A program made the position numbers and the translations under genes. Source: Rheinheimera sp. (GTDB lineage: Bacteria > Pseudomonadota > Gammaproteobacteria > Enterobacterales > Alteromonadaceae). Taken from it: a stretch of DNA of 64,000 nucleotides. The notes below the pieces were generated by a model. The model did no database searches. It was given only the letters and a program-made list of their open reading frames with translations, and was not told the origin of the DNA. Shown piece by piece: positions 47,860-55,868 of this stretch (its first letter is position 1; every line of letters starts with the position of its first letter). The stretch is taken from NCBI RefSeq assembly GCF_037442525.1, contig NZ_JBBIQD010000003.1, forward strand, positions 278,482 through 342,481, written 5' to 3'.

Positions 47860-48740
47860 AACAGCTGACTCAGCCAGTCACTGAATACCCTTAAGTTCCG
47901 GCTCATCAGCTTACGGTGCGCATACAGCAAATTCACCGGCATGGCTGGCGCATTAAAATCAGCCAGCACCTGAATCATCTGACCGCTTTGCAGGTAAGGC
48001 CGGGCACCACTTTCCGGCAGCTGGATCAGGCCCAGCCCGGCCAGGCAGGCGGCGCTGTAAGCTTCAGTGTTATTGACGGTGATTTGACTGTGCATGCGGA
48101 TACGCTTCACTTCAGTCCCCTGCTGGTATTCAAATTCGGCTTTTTGCCCACTGAGTTGCTGGCTGTAATTGACCAGCTGATGCCTGCCTAAATCGTCCAG
48201 CCGCGTGGGGGTACCAAAGCGCTGGATATAAGCCGGACTGACGCAGTTAATCTGGTTCATCTGCCCAAGCGGCCGGGCGATCAGGCTGCTGTCTTTCAGC
48301 GCCCCCACCCGGACTATGGCGTCAAAACCTTCGGCTATTAAATCAACCCGCCGGTCTGTGCTGGACAGCTGCAACTGCAAATCCGGGTGCTGCTGCAAAA
48401 AGGCAGGCAGCTTGGGCAACACCAGATTTTTCGCCAAGCCTGTGGGCATATCAATCCGCAGCACGCCGTTAAGTTGCTGATCGCCGGGTTTGAACAGCTG
48501 CTGCAACTCCTCCAACTCATGCAATAACTCGCTGCAGCGGCGCAGGAATTGCTGGCCGTCACTGCTCAGTTCCACCCGTCTGGTGGTGCGGTGCAACAAG
48601 CGGCTGCCGAGACTGTGCTCCAGTTGCTGCACGGCTTCCGACACTGAAGTTTTTGGCAGCCCGAGTTGCTCAGCAGCCCGGCTGAAGCTGCCCAGTTCCG
48701 CCACCCGCACAAAGATCTGCATCTGCAAAATTCTGTCCAT
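47823..48740 (-). CDS. LysR-family regulator
   Basis: FVRVAELGSFSRAAEQL...LLHRTTRRV; DLIAEGFD. Confidence 0.95.
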   Translation of the reverse strand: MDRILQMQIFVRVAELGSFSRAAEQLGLPKTSVSEAVQQLEHSLGSRLLHRTTRRVELSSDGQQFLRRCSELLHELEELQQLFKPGDQQLNGVLRIDMPTGLAKNLVLPKLPAFLQQHPDLQLQLSSTDRRVDLIAEGFDAIVRVGALKDSSLIARPLGQMNQINCVSPAYIQRFGTPTRLDDLGRHQLVNYSQQLSGQKAEFEYQQGTEVKRIRMHSQITVNNTEAYSAACLAGLGLIQLPESGARPYLQSGQMIQVLADFNAPAMPVNLLYAHRKLMSRNLRVFSDWLSQLFQPGAAAAGKST

Positions 48741-48849
48741 TGTTTGGCCTGTTTATCCGGATACTACGAATAGTGATTTCGAAATTAGCGCGTTTATCCA
48801 GATATTTCCATGCAATAAGCTAGGCATCATCCAGACAGAGGAGCACAGC

Positions 48850-49608
48850 ATGAACACAAAAATTGCATTAATTACCGGCGCCAGCCGCGGTTTGGGCAAA
48901 AACGCTGCCTTGGCCTTAGCCAGAGCAGGCCACGACCTGGTGATCACCTACCATAGCCAGGCCGAGGCGGCGGCAGAGGTCGTACGCGCCATTGAAGCCC
49001 TTGGCCGCAAGGCGGTTGCGCTTCAGTTGGATACCAGCAACATTGCTGGATTTACCGACTTTTCCAAGCAGTTAGCCACAGCCTTACAGCAACATTGGCA
49101 ACGTGACCGCTTGGATTATCTGGTCAATAATGCCGGGACTGGGGTACATAGCCCGATCAGCGAAACCACGGCAGCGCAGTTTGACACCATGGTCAATGTG
49201 CATTTAAAAGGCGTCTTCTTCCTGACACAAACCTTATTGCCACAACTGAAAGACGGCGGCGCGGTGCTGAACCTGTCCAGTGGTCTGGCGCGTTTTTCGC
49301 TGCCTGGCTACGCCGCTTACGCCATGATGAAAGGGGGTATTGAAGTCTTCAGCCGTTATCTGGCACTGGAACTTGGGCCACGCCGCATCCGGGTCAACAC
49401 GCTGGCACCGGGCGCCATTGAAACTGATTTTGGCGGTGGTGTGGTGCGCGACAACGCCGGTTTAAACCAGCTGATTGCGTCGCAAACGGCTTTGGGCCGG
49501 GTGGGACTGCCGGATGATATTGGCGGGGCTGTGGTGGCTTTGTTATCGGATCACAGCGGCTGGATTAACGGCCAGCGTATTGAAGCCTCTGGCGGTATTC
49601 ATTTGTGA
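48850..49608 (+). CDS. Short-chain dehydrogenase/reductase
   Basis: TGASRGLG, NNAG, YAMMK (YxxxK), VNTLAPG; divergent from the LysR gene. Confidence 0.93.
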   Translation: MNTKIALITGASRGLGKNAALALARAGHDLVITYHSQAEAAAEVVRAIEALGRKAVALQLDTSNIAGFTDFSKQLATALQQHWQRDRLDYLVNNAGTGVHSPISETTAAQFDTMVNVHLKGVFFLTQTLLPQLKDGGAVLNLSSGLARFSLPGYAAYAMMKGGIEVFSRYLALELGPRRIRVNTLAPGAIETDFGGGVVRDNAGLNQLIASQTALGRVGLPDDIGGAVVALLSDHSGWINGQRIEASGGIHL

Positions 49609-49624
49609 GCCTGATACGGGGCTC

Positions 49625-49648
49625 GGGAGGGTCAAGACCCTCCCCTAC
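49625..49648 (-). repeat. GTAG-family REP
   Basis: GTAG-GGGAGGGTC-TT-GACCCTCCC. Confidence 0.8.
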
Positions 49649-49740
49649 AGCAAACATGGGTAAACAATGAAGCGGGGTGGGCCTAAATCGAGAAAATCTA
49701 ACGCCGAATGCGGCCATTCTGATTTCGCCCTTACGGGAGC

Positions 49741-49829
49741 GCCTGAAAAACCCTCACTCCGCGTTGTAACAGCTCGAAAGAGCCCCACTATTCCTTCGCT
49801 GTTACGCCTTGATTGAGCCTTTTTCAGGC
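49741..49829. repeat. About 90-bp palindromic intergenic element
   Basis: GCCTGAAAAA...CTCA...GTAACAGC...GCTGTTAC...TGAG...TTTTTCAGGC nested arms. Confidence 0.6.
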
Positions 49830-49864
49830 TGCTCTGCTGCTCACTTCTTAAACTAATCGGTGCT

Positions 49865-51547
49865 CTAGCTTTGCCAGATTTGCAGCTGGTAAGCACCCAA
49901 TTCAGGCGTTTCATCTTCCTGCCAGCTGATGTGTAAGCCCTGTGGCACCAGTTCTGCCGGAATGGCCTGCGTTTCTGCTGACAGGTTCAGCAAGATCACG
50001 GACTGCTGCGGCCCCAAAGTACGGCTCAGTTTCAGCAGCTTGCCGTCGGCCAACAGTTCGGCCCTGTACTCACCTGCAATGCCAAACTCCGGCCGTTTTT
50101 TCTGTGCGATCAGGAATTTATACAAAGACCAGACCGATTTCGGGTCTTGCTGCTGCGCCGCTACCGTAGTGGCGCCTTTTAGCTGCTCAGCTAAAAAAGG
50201 AGCCCACCAGCTGGTGTCGCCCTGAGGCGGGAACAGCTGGTCCGATTGCACCCAGACTTTATCCGCTGTAGTAAAACCCGCCTGATTGGAGCCATCCCAG
50301 AACATAGGCGAGCGGCGGTGCATATGCTCTTTGTCCGACGCTTGGGTCAGCGCAATTTCTTCGCCGTAATAGATGTAAGTGGTGCCTGGGGATGCGAATA
50401 ACATGGCGGCCGCCAGCTTGGCTTTGTTGAAATCACGGCCCAACTGCCAGGCCAGCCGGGGCTGGTCGTGATTGGTCAGGAAGGGGCTGAAAAACTCAAA
50501 AGGCGCCCCAGAGGCTTTGCGGTCCTCAAAGTTGTTTTGCAGGCTGTTGCCGGCTCTTTTGTGCTGCGCCATGGTGCCAAACTCGGCGTTTTGTGCCCCG
50601 GCGTTCAAAAGCTCCAACACTTTGTAGCCAAAGTCAAAATCAAAACCTGCGTCCAGACCTTTGCCTTCGCCCCAATAACGGGCCGCCACCGGAATATCCA
50701 CCCAGGCCTCAGCGACCAGATAAGCTTCAGGGTTTACACTTTTGACGTACTGAGTAAAGTCCACCCAATAATCAATAGTTTGTTGTGTATCTGCCTGCTG
50801 ACCCGGGCCGTTTTCAATGGCATAACGCACCGCGTCCAGCCGGAAACCCGCCACCCCTTTATCCAGCCAGAATTTGGCGGCTTTTTTCATTTCGGCCACC
50901 ACATCCGGATGCGTCAGGTTCAGGTCGGGCTGTGACGCGCCAAAAGCAGCGTAATAGTAGGCCTTGCGCTGCTCGTTCCAATGCCAGACCGCTTCAGGTT
51001 TCACCTCTTTGTTCCAGGCCGGGCCCCAGCCGTCCTGTGGCAGTTCGTCACGCCAGATAAAATAATCTTTGTAGGGGGTTTCACCGGCAGCAGAACGTTT
51101 AAACCAGTCGTGTTCGCTGGAGATATGGTTAATCACCAAATCCAGAATCACTTTGATATTTTTGCTGTTGGCGTCCTGCACCAGGGCTTCAAAATCGGCC
51201 ATGCTGCCATAGTCCTGCTCCACCTCATAGAATTCAGTGAAGTCGTAGCCATGGTAAGACGGCGCTTCAAACATAGGGGTCAGCCAGATGGCGTTAATGC
51301 CTAAATCCTGCAGGTATGGCAGTTTGGCCTGAATACCCTTGAAATCGCCAATGCCGTCGGCATTGGTGTCGTAAAAACTACGGGGCCAGATTTGATAGAC
51401 CACAGCGTCCTGCCACCAGGGCGCTTGCGCCTGAGCTGTGGCAGCAGGTGCGGCGGCCACCGCGTTGCTTGTGTTGTTGTCCGGGGCTTTGGTGCAGGCG
51501 TTTAACGCCAGCGCCAGTGAAAGCGCTATAACTGTTGATTTAAACAT
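49865..51547 (-). CDS. GH13 alpha-amylase/alpha-glucosidase-family lipoprotein
   Basis: Lipobox LNAC; YQIWPRSFYD; YHGYD; DLVINH; catalytic GFRLDAV, VAEAW, LTNHD. Confidence 0.92.
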   Translation of the reverse strand: MFKSTVIALSLALALNACTKAPDNNTSNAVAAAPAATAQAQAPWWQDAVVYQIWPRSFYDTNADGIGDFKGIQAKLPYLQDLGINAIWLTPMFEAPSYHGYDFTEFYEVEQDYGSMADFEALVQDANSKNIKVILDLVINHISSEHDWFKRSAAGETPYKDYFIWRDELPQDGWGPAWNKEVKPEAVWHWNEQRKAYYYAAFGASQPDLNLTHPDVVAEMKKAAKFWLDKGVAGFRLDAVRYAIENGPGQQADTQQTIDYWVDFTQYVKSVNPEAYLVAEAWVDIPVAARYWGEGKGLDAGFDFDFGYKVLELLNAGAQNAEFGTMAQHKRAGNSLQNNFEDRKASGAPFEFFSPFLTNHDQPRLAWQLGRDFNKAKLAAAMLFASPGTTYIYYGEEIALTQASDKEHMHRRSPMFWDGSNQAGFTTADKVWVQSDQLFPPQGDTSWWAPFLAEQLKGATTVAAQQQDPKSVWSLYKFLIAQKKRPEFGIAGEYRAELLADGKLLKLSRTLGPQQSVILLNLSAETQAIPAELVPQGLHISWQEDETPELGAYQLQIWQS

Positions 51548-51640
51548 CGTCTGATCCCTGTTGTTTTCTTGTTGGCCCCAGCTTAGTCAAAAAGCCGGGA
51601 CCGGGCCAGACTGCATACGAATGCGAAACGACTGACGCTG

Positions 51641-52609
51641 TTATTGGCCGGTCAGGCGCTTGCCAAAGGAGATGGCATAAGCGGGGGAACGCATTTGCAA
51701 CACAGGGTCACTGCTGGCCCTGACGCCTGTGCTCAGCACATTGGGGTCAAAATTAATGCCGGTGCAGGCGTCGTCACCCTGACGCTGAATACTCAACCGG
51801 CCAATATCCAGGGTTGTGCGGCTTGCAGGCCAGCTTTGCGACGGGTCAGTCTCGGTATCAGCAGCCTCGCCCAGCACCAGCTGCATAGTCCAGTGCACCG
51901 GGCCTTGCTGCAACCGGGTGGCCAGCCGCTGCTGCAGAAAATCGGTTGGTGGCGCTTTGATTTCTGCATCAGTCAGCCCCTTCACACCATCAACAGGCAC
52001 AAAATGCCAACGCACTTTGTGTTCTTTGCCACTGCTGTCGGTCAGGAAAAAGGTGTGAATACCAAAATAAGAACTGGTGGCGTAACTCCAGGGAGGTGAG
52101 TTTTTTTGCAGGTACTCCGCTTGCGGCAAGGTGGACGGATTGGCCTGACGAAAGGCCTGAACTTTGGCCAAATCGGGCTTGCCGGTAACTGAGTCTGGCA
52201 AGGAACTTTGTAATAAACCTAAAAATACGTCCGGATCTTTGGCGCCAAAGATGGGGGTGTTCAGCATGGCAAAGTGCTGCAGCTCGCCATTGGGGCTTTT
52301 CAGTTGCAACGCCATCCCCCTGGGGCTGCGGCTGTTTTCCGGCGCTTTCGGGTTACCTCCAGCCATGGAAAAACGTGCCGTGACCGGCACAGTCGCGCCA
52401 CTGAGCCAGCTGATTTGGCTGAATGGCTTTGCGGCAGGCAAGGCCGTGAACTCACCGGCAGCACAAAAGCCTTTGGCGTGACCTTTCCGTTGCCCTTTAT
52501 GTTCACCAAACAGCTTGGCAAAGGTATCGATCAGGGCTGTTGGTGTGGCAGTTTCGGCGTTCAGGGCAGGGCTTAACACCAGCAGTATGGCAAGGGTGAG
52601 TGGCTTCAT
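51641..52609 (-). CDS. Exported catalase-related peroxidase (SrpA-like)
   Basis: RKGHAKG distal His; ARFS; RGMAL; FDP; RSPAY proximal Tyr; signal peptide. Confidence 0.88.
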   Translation of the reverse strand: MKPLTLAILLVLSPALNAETATPTALIDTFAKLFGEHKGQRKGHAKGFCAAGEFTALPAAKPFSQISWLSGATVPVTARFSMAGGNPKAPENSRSPRGMALQLKSPNGELQHFAMLNTPIFGAKDPDVFLGLLQSSLPDSVTGKPDLAKVQAFRQANPSTLPQAEYLQKNSPPWSYATSSYFGIHTFFLTDSSGKEHKVRWHFVPVDGVKGLTDAEIKAPPTDFLQQRLATRLQQGPVHWTMQLVLGEAADTETDPSQSWPASRTTLDIGRLSIQRQGDDACTGINFDPNVLSTGVRASSDPVLQMRSPAYAISFGKRLTGQ

Positions 52610-52680
52610 CGTGAGTTTCCTGTAAGGTTCGCAAGTGACCAGAAAAGACCTCTGAGTCCAGCACTAACTTTCGTCCCACG

Positions 52681-52713
52681 AAAAAAAACCAGCTTTGCTT
52701 GGGACAAAGCCGG
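52681..52713 (-). terminator. Intrinsic terminator of traT
   Basis: CCGGCTTTG/CAAAGCTGG stem followed by U8 on the minus strand. Confidence 0.8.
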
Positions 52714-52741
52714 CCTAAGGGAACATCAACAGGTAGAAAAC

Positions 52742-53470
52742 TTACATGATGCCGGAGATAGAGCGGACCAGGCCCTGGATCAGCGCAGGCTCAGCTTCAA
52801 CATACTCCATATTGACCTGATTGGCGGTCGACATAATGCGGGTCTGGTAACGTTTCCACTCGGTTTCTTCGGTGGAGCTGACGTTTTTATAACCGCTGTT
52901 GCCCTGCTTCAATGCGGCCTTGTTTTCTTCCACTACAACCACACCTTTTTTCGCCCGCTCAGAGATCTGCAGGTCGGTGATAATGCTGTAATGCACATCT
53001 TTGACTAAAGCGTCAGCCGCCAGACCAATCAAGGCGCCACCTACTGTGGCTGCAGCGCGGCCGCTGCCACTGCCAAACTGGTTACCAATAGCACCACCGA
53101 CTAAAGCACCGCCAAAACCGCCACCAAAGGCTTCATTCTGGGCGCGCAGGTCGGTCTGACCAGCTTGTAACACATTAGCCTGCAACAGGAAGTTGGCTTG
53201 TTCCGGGTCACGCACTACGCGATAACCTTTAGACTGTACCGCTTCAATAATGGCAGGTTCCAGGCTCAACCCCTGTTTGTCTGAGGTGTTACGCACCTGC
53301 ACAAACACTGTGCGTTTGTCATCAGCAACAGGATCTAAAAAGATGGTGTCAGACATTTTGGTCTGCACATCCAGATTCCGTTTGCTGATAGCAGTATGAG
53401 TGGCAGAACAACCAGATAAAGCTAGTGCACCAACCACCAGGGCCGCTGCAGCGAATTTCAATTTTGACAT
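52742..53470 (-). CDS. traT: TraT-family outer-membrane lipoprotein (surface exclusion/complement resistance family)
   Basis: LALSGCSATHTAISKRNLDVQTKMSDTIFLDP, RTVFVQVRNTSDK, LQANVL, ITDLQISER, YQTRIMSTANQVN, collinear with F-type TraT. Confidence 0.9.
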   Translation of the reverse strand: MSKLKFAAAALVVGALALSGCSATHTAISKRNLDVQTKMSDTIFLDPVADDKRTVFVQVRNTSDKQGLSLEPAIIEAVQSKGYRVVRDPEQANFLLQANVLQAGQTDLRAQNEAFGGGFGGALVGGAIGNQFGSGSGRAAATVGGALIGLAADALVKDVHYSIITDLQISERAKKGVVVVEENKAALKQGNSGYKNVSSTEETEWKRYQTRIMSTANQVNMEYVEAEPALIQGLVRSISGIM

Positions 53471-53657
53471 ACATAACTCCATATTGACTGTCATAAAGAC
53501 GGGCCTAGTTTATACGGACAGCCCTTGGCTGAGCTTGTACATCGCTAAAAATATTTGTAACAGCCTGTGCTGTTGCTGCCGTTTCAAGCCAATAGTAGCG
53601 CTAACTGCCTGAACCTATTCTGAATAATTGCTTAGGGCAATTTATCGCCAACACCCA

Positions 53658-53691
53658 ATGTCACCTGATTGTCATACAAAATCTTTAAAGT
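53658..53691 (+). promoter_or_regulatory. Pho-box promoter
   Basis: ATGTCAC-CTGA-TTGTCAT (11-bp period), then exactly 10 bp to the -10 element TAAAGT. Confidence 0.65.
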
Positions 53692-53718
53692 GATGCGCTG
53701 GAATTTGGAGCGCTGACA

Positions 53719-54588
53719 TTGACCAGGTATCTGACACCACTGCAGTTCCGTTGGGCTATGACCGGCCTGACCGCTGCCCTGCTGCTTCTGGCGCTGGGCT
53801 GGACTCTGGCGTCTGCGCCCATAGCCTTTGATATTCAGCCCTACAGTTCAGAACGTTGTGCGATTAACAATGGCAATCAGCCACAGAGCCTGACCGTGCT
53901 GGCATCTCCCATAGTAGCCAAGGCATTGTTACCCCTGTTGTGCAGGAGTCCGTTGCTGGCCGCGCATTACCAGCAGGTTGAGCTGCATTGGCCTGCCCTC
54001 AGTGAATTACAGGCCGATGACCTGATCCTGGGCAAATACGCTCTGGTCTGGGCCAGACCTGAAACCCTGAAAGCTGTGTTGCATAACTTTGAGGCCTACT
54101 ACACCGAACTCTGGGCCAACCCGAATTACCGCGTATTCTGGATCAGTCAGTCGGCTATTCCCCGTTGGAATGCCACTTTTGTCCGGCAACAACAGATAGG
54201 CTTGTTGGCGGATCGCAACAGTTACAGCGGTTATCAGTTGCCACTGGCATCGTTGCAGCTGCCGGATCTGAGTTTGTCTGAACTGACTCTCCGTTTTTAT
54301 GCCGACCGACAGGCCTTAACAGATGCCTTTGCTCGGGGTGAAATCAGCCTTTACCCTGCTGTATTACTCAACAAACAAGGGGTGGCCCTGTCAGACACAG
54401 ACCCCCCACCTTATTACGATGTCAGCGGGCAGCCGCTGCCAATGGCCCATCTGCATCCAATGTCCGGCACCAGCAATGGTGGCAGCTTTTACCTGCATAA
54501 CAGCCTGGCTCCACTGAATTGCGAGCTGGCCGGGCTGTTGAAAGAATCCAGGCTCTGGCATGGTGTGATCAAGGTGCCATGCCCATGA
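53719..54588 (+). CDS. PhnD/SsuA-like periplasmic binding-fold protein with N-terminal anchor
   Basis: IGLLADRNSYSGYQLP resembles the PhnD phosphonate/phosphate-binding motif D-x-x-S-x-S-G-Y; GGAG then TTG start. Confidence 0.65.
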   Translation: MTRYLTPLQFRWAMTGLTAALLLLALGWTLASAPIAFDIQPYSSERCAINNGNQPQSLTVLASPIVAKALLPLLCRSPLLAAHYQQVELHWPALSELQADDLILGKYALVWARPETLKAVLHNFEAYYTELWANPNYRVFWISQSAIPRWNATFVRQQQIGLLADRNSYSGYQLPLASLQLPDLSLSELTLRFYADRQALTDAFARGEISLYPAVLLNKQGVALSDTDPPPYYDVSGQPLPMAHLHPMSGTSNGGSFYLHNSLAPLNCELAGLLKESRLWHGVIKVPCP

Positions 54589-55721
54589 GTCTGAGCCGGA
54601 ACAAACACCTGCTGTGGCCCCTGGTTTGGCTGCTGTTGCTTGGACTGATGTTGCTGGGCACCAGCCTGTACAAATCCCGCCAGTTATCCGGGCAGATATC
54701 CAGCCAGTTGCCGGCCGTGGTCGAAGCCACACTGCAAAACAACCATGGCTACATTCGTCAGCTGCTTCCTGCGTTGCTGGCGCAACTGAATCAACAAAGC
54801 ACCAGCCTGGCCTCTGACGAACTGCTGGTGTGTGAGGCGAGTTTTGAAGCCATAGGCGAAGGCCAGCCTGTGGATGCGTCGCTGGTGTGGCAATCCGGTC
54901 TGGTGACTTTTTACGCCCGCTATCAGTCGGTGTGCACCCCGTCGGCCCTCAGCTGGTCTGCCTGTCTGGCGCTGATGCTAACCCTGATTTGGCTTAGCAC
55001 TCAATTGAGCCAGACGGTCCTCAGCCCCAGAGAGCAGCAACTGACTCACAGCCTGCTGCAGAATGCTGTACCTGGCAGCGACACCCAGCAGAAACTGGTG
55101 TTGCAGGACTGTCGTCAGCACTGGCAGGAGCCTCACTGGCAACTCTTTGCGCAGATCAGCCCCCTGCTGCCGAGCCAGCTCTGTCTGGATTTAATCAACC
55201 ATGGCATCCGGCATCAGTTGCACTGCAATGAACCGGACTGGCTGGTGCTGGCCGCCCGGCAACGACCGGATGACCCGGCGGCCATTTGGGCTGTCGCCAC
55301 GGCGGAGCCCCAACTGAAATTCCAGCTGGAGACAGGCCAGCTTTGGGTGCATGGCCTGGAATTGAAACTGAGCCGTACGCCTTTTCTGTATTACTACTGG
55401 TATGCCAGCCGGCGTAAATCTGCGCTGCAGGATGGCTGGGTACTGAACCCCGCCAGTAACAGACCCAGCACCGACTATGCCACCGAATTAACCGCTTTGA
55501 TGCTGCAGGGGCATGGCCATAAAAAAGCACTGCAGGATATTGAAGCCGGAGTCAAAGCCAAAACCCTGGACCAGAACCGCAGCAAATTGCGGGATGAACT
55601 GGAACAACAGCTGGGGCCGGCGCTGGCGCAGCAGTTCCTGTTCGACTGTCATAAAGATGTCAAATCCAGCCGTTCTCATTACAGAATGATGACAACCCCA
55701 GAGCAGATAGAACTCATCTGA
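54585..55721 (+). CDS. Two-TM membrane protein with a C-terminal OmpR/PhoB-like winged-helix domain (putative transmembrane regulator)
   Basis: TM-periplasmic-TM, then LKFQLETGQLWVHGLELKLSRTPFLYYYW and KTLDQNRSKLRDELE (compare RTVDVHIxRLRxKL); ATGA overlap with the upstream gene. Confidence 0.65.
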   Translation: MSLSRNKHLLWPLVWLLLLGLMLLGTSLYKSRQLSGQISSQLPAVVEATLQNNHGYIRQLLPALLAQLNQQSTSLASDELLVCEASFEAIGEGQPVDASLVWQSGLVTFYARYQSVCTPSALSWSACLALMLTLIWLSTQLSQTVLSPREQQLTHSLLQNAVPGSDTQQKLVLQDCRQHWQEPHWQLFAQISPLLPSQLCLDLINHGIRHQLHCNEPDWLVLAARQRPDDPAAIWAVATAEPQLKFQLETGQLWVHGLELKLSRTPFLYYYWYASRRKSALQDGWVLNPASNRPSTDYATELTALMLQGHGHKKALQDIEAGVKAKTLDQNRSKLRDELEQQLGPALAQQFLFDCHKDVKSSRSHYRMMTTPEQIELI

Positions 55722-55736
55722 GCCTGCCTCTTTATA

Positions 55737-55763
55737 GATGTCTCTAAACGCCGCAGAGACATC
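55737..55763. promoter_or_regulatory. Candidate operator (9-bp inverted repeat)
   Basis: GATGTCTCT-N9-AGAGACATC with no U tract. Confidence 0.45.
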
Positions 55764-55764
55764 C

Positions 55765-55798
55765 AATACACAAATCTTTCATCTTCAGTTTTTACCTT
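55765..55798 (+). promoter_or_regulatory. Degenerate Pho-box-like promoter for the TonB-dependent receptor
   Basis: AATACAC-AAAT-CTTTCAT, then 10 bp to TACCTT. Confidence 0.35.
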
Positions 55799-55868
55799 GG
55801 AGCGAGCAAAAACGCAGCCGCCAGACAGGCACTGCACTGTATTCACGCACTATCAGGAAGGTAAATTT

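Noticed and set aside
52742-53470. Conjugative element or plasmid implied by traT
   Set aside because: No other tra, relaxase, coupling-protein or integrase genes; the flanks are ordinary chromosomal genes.
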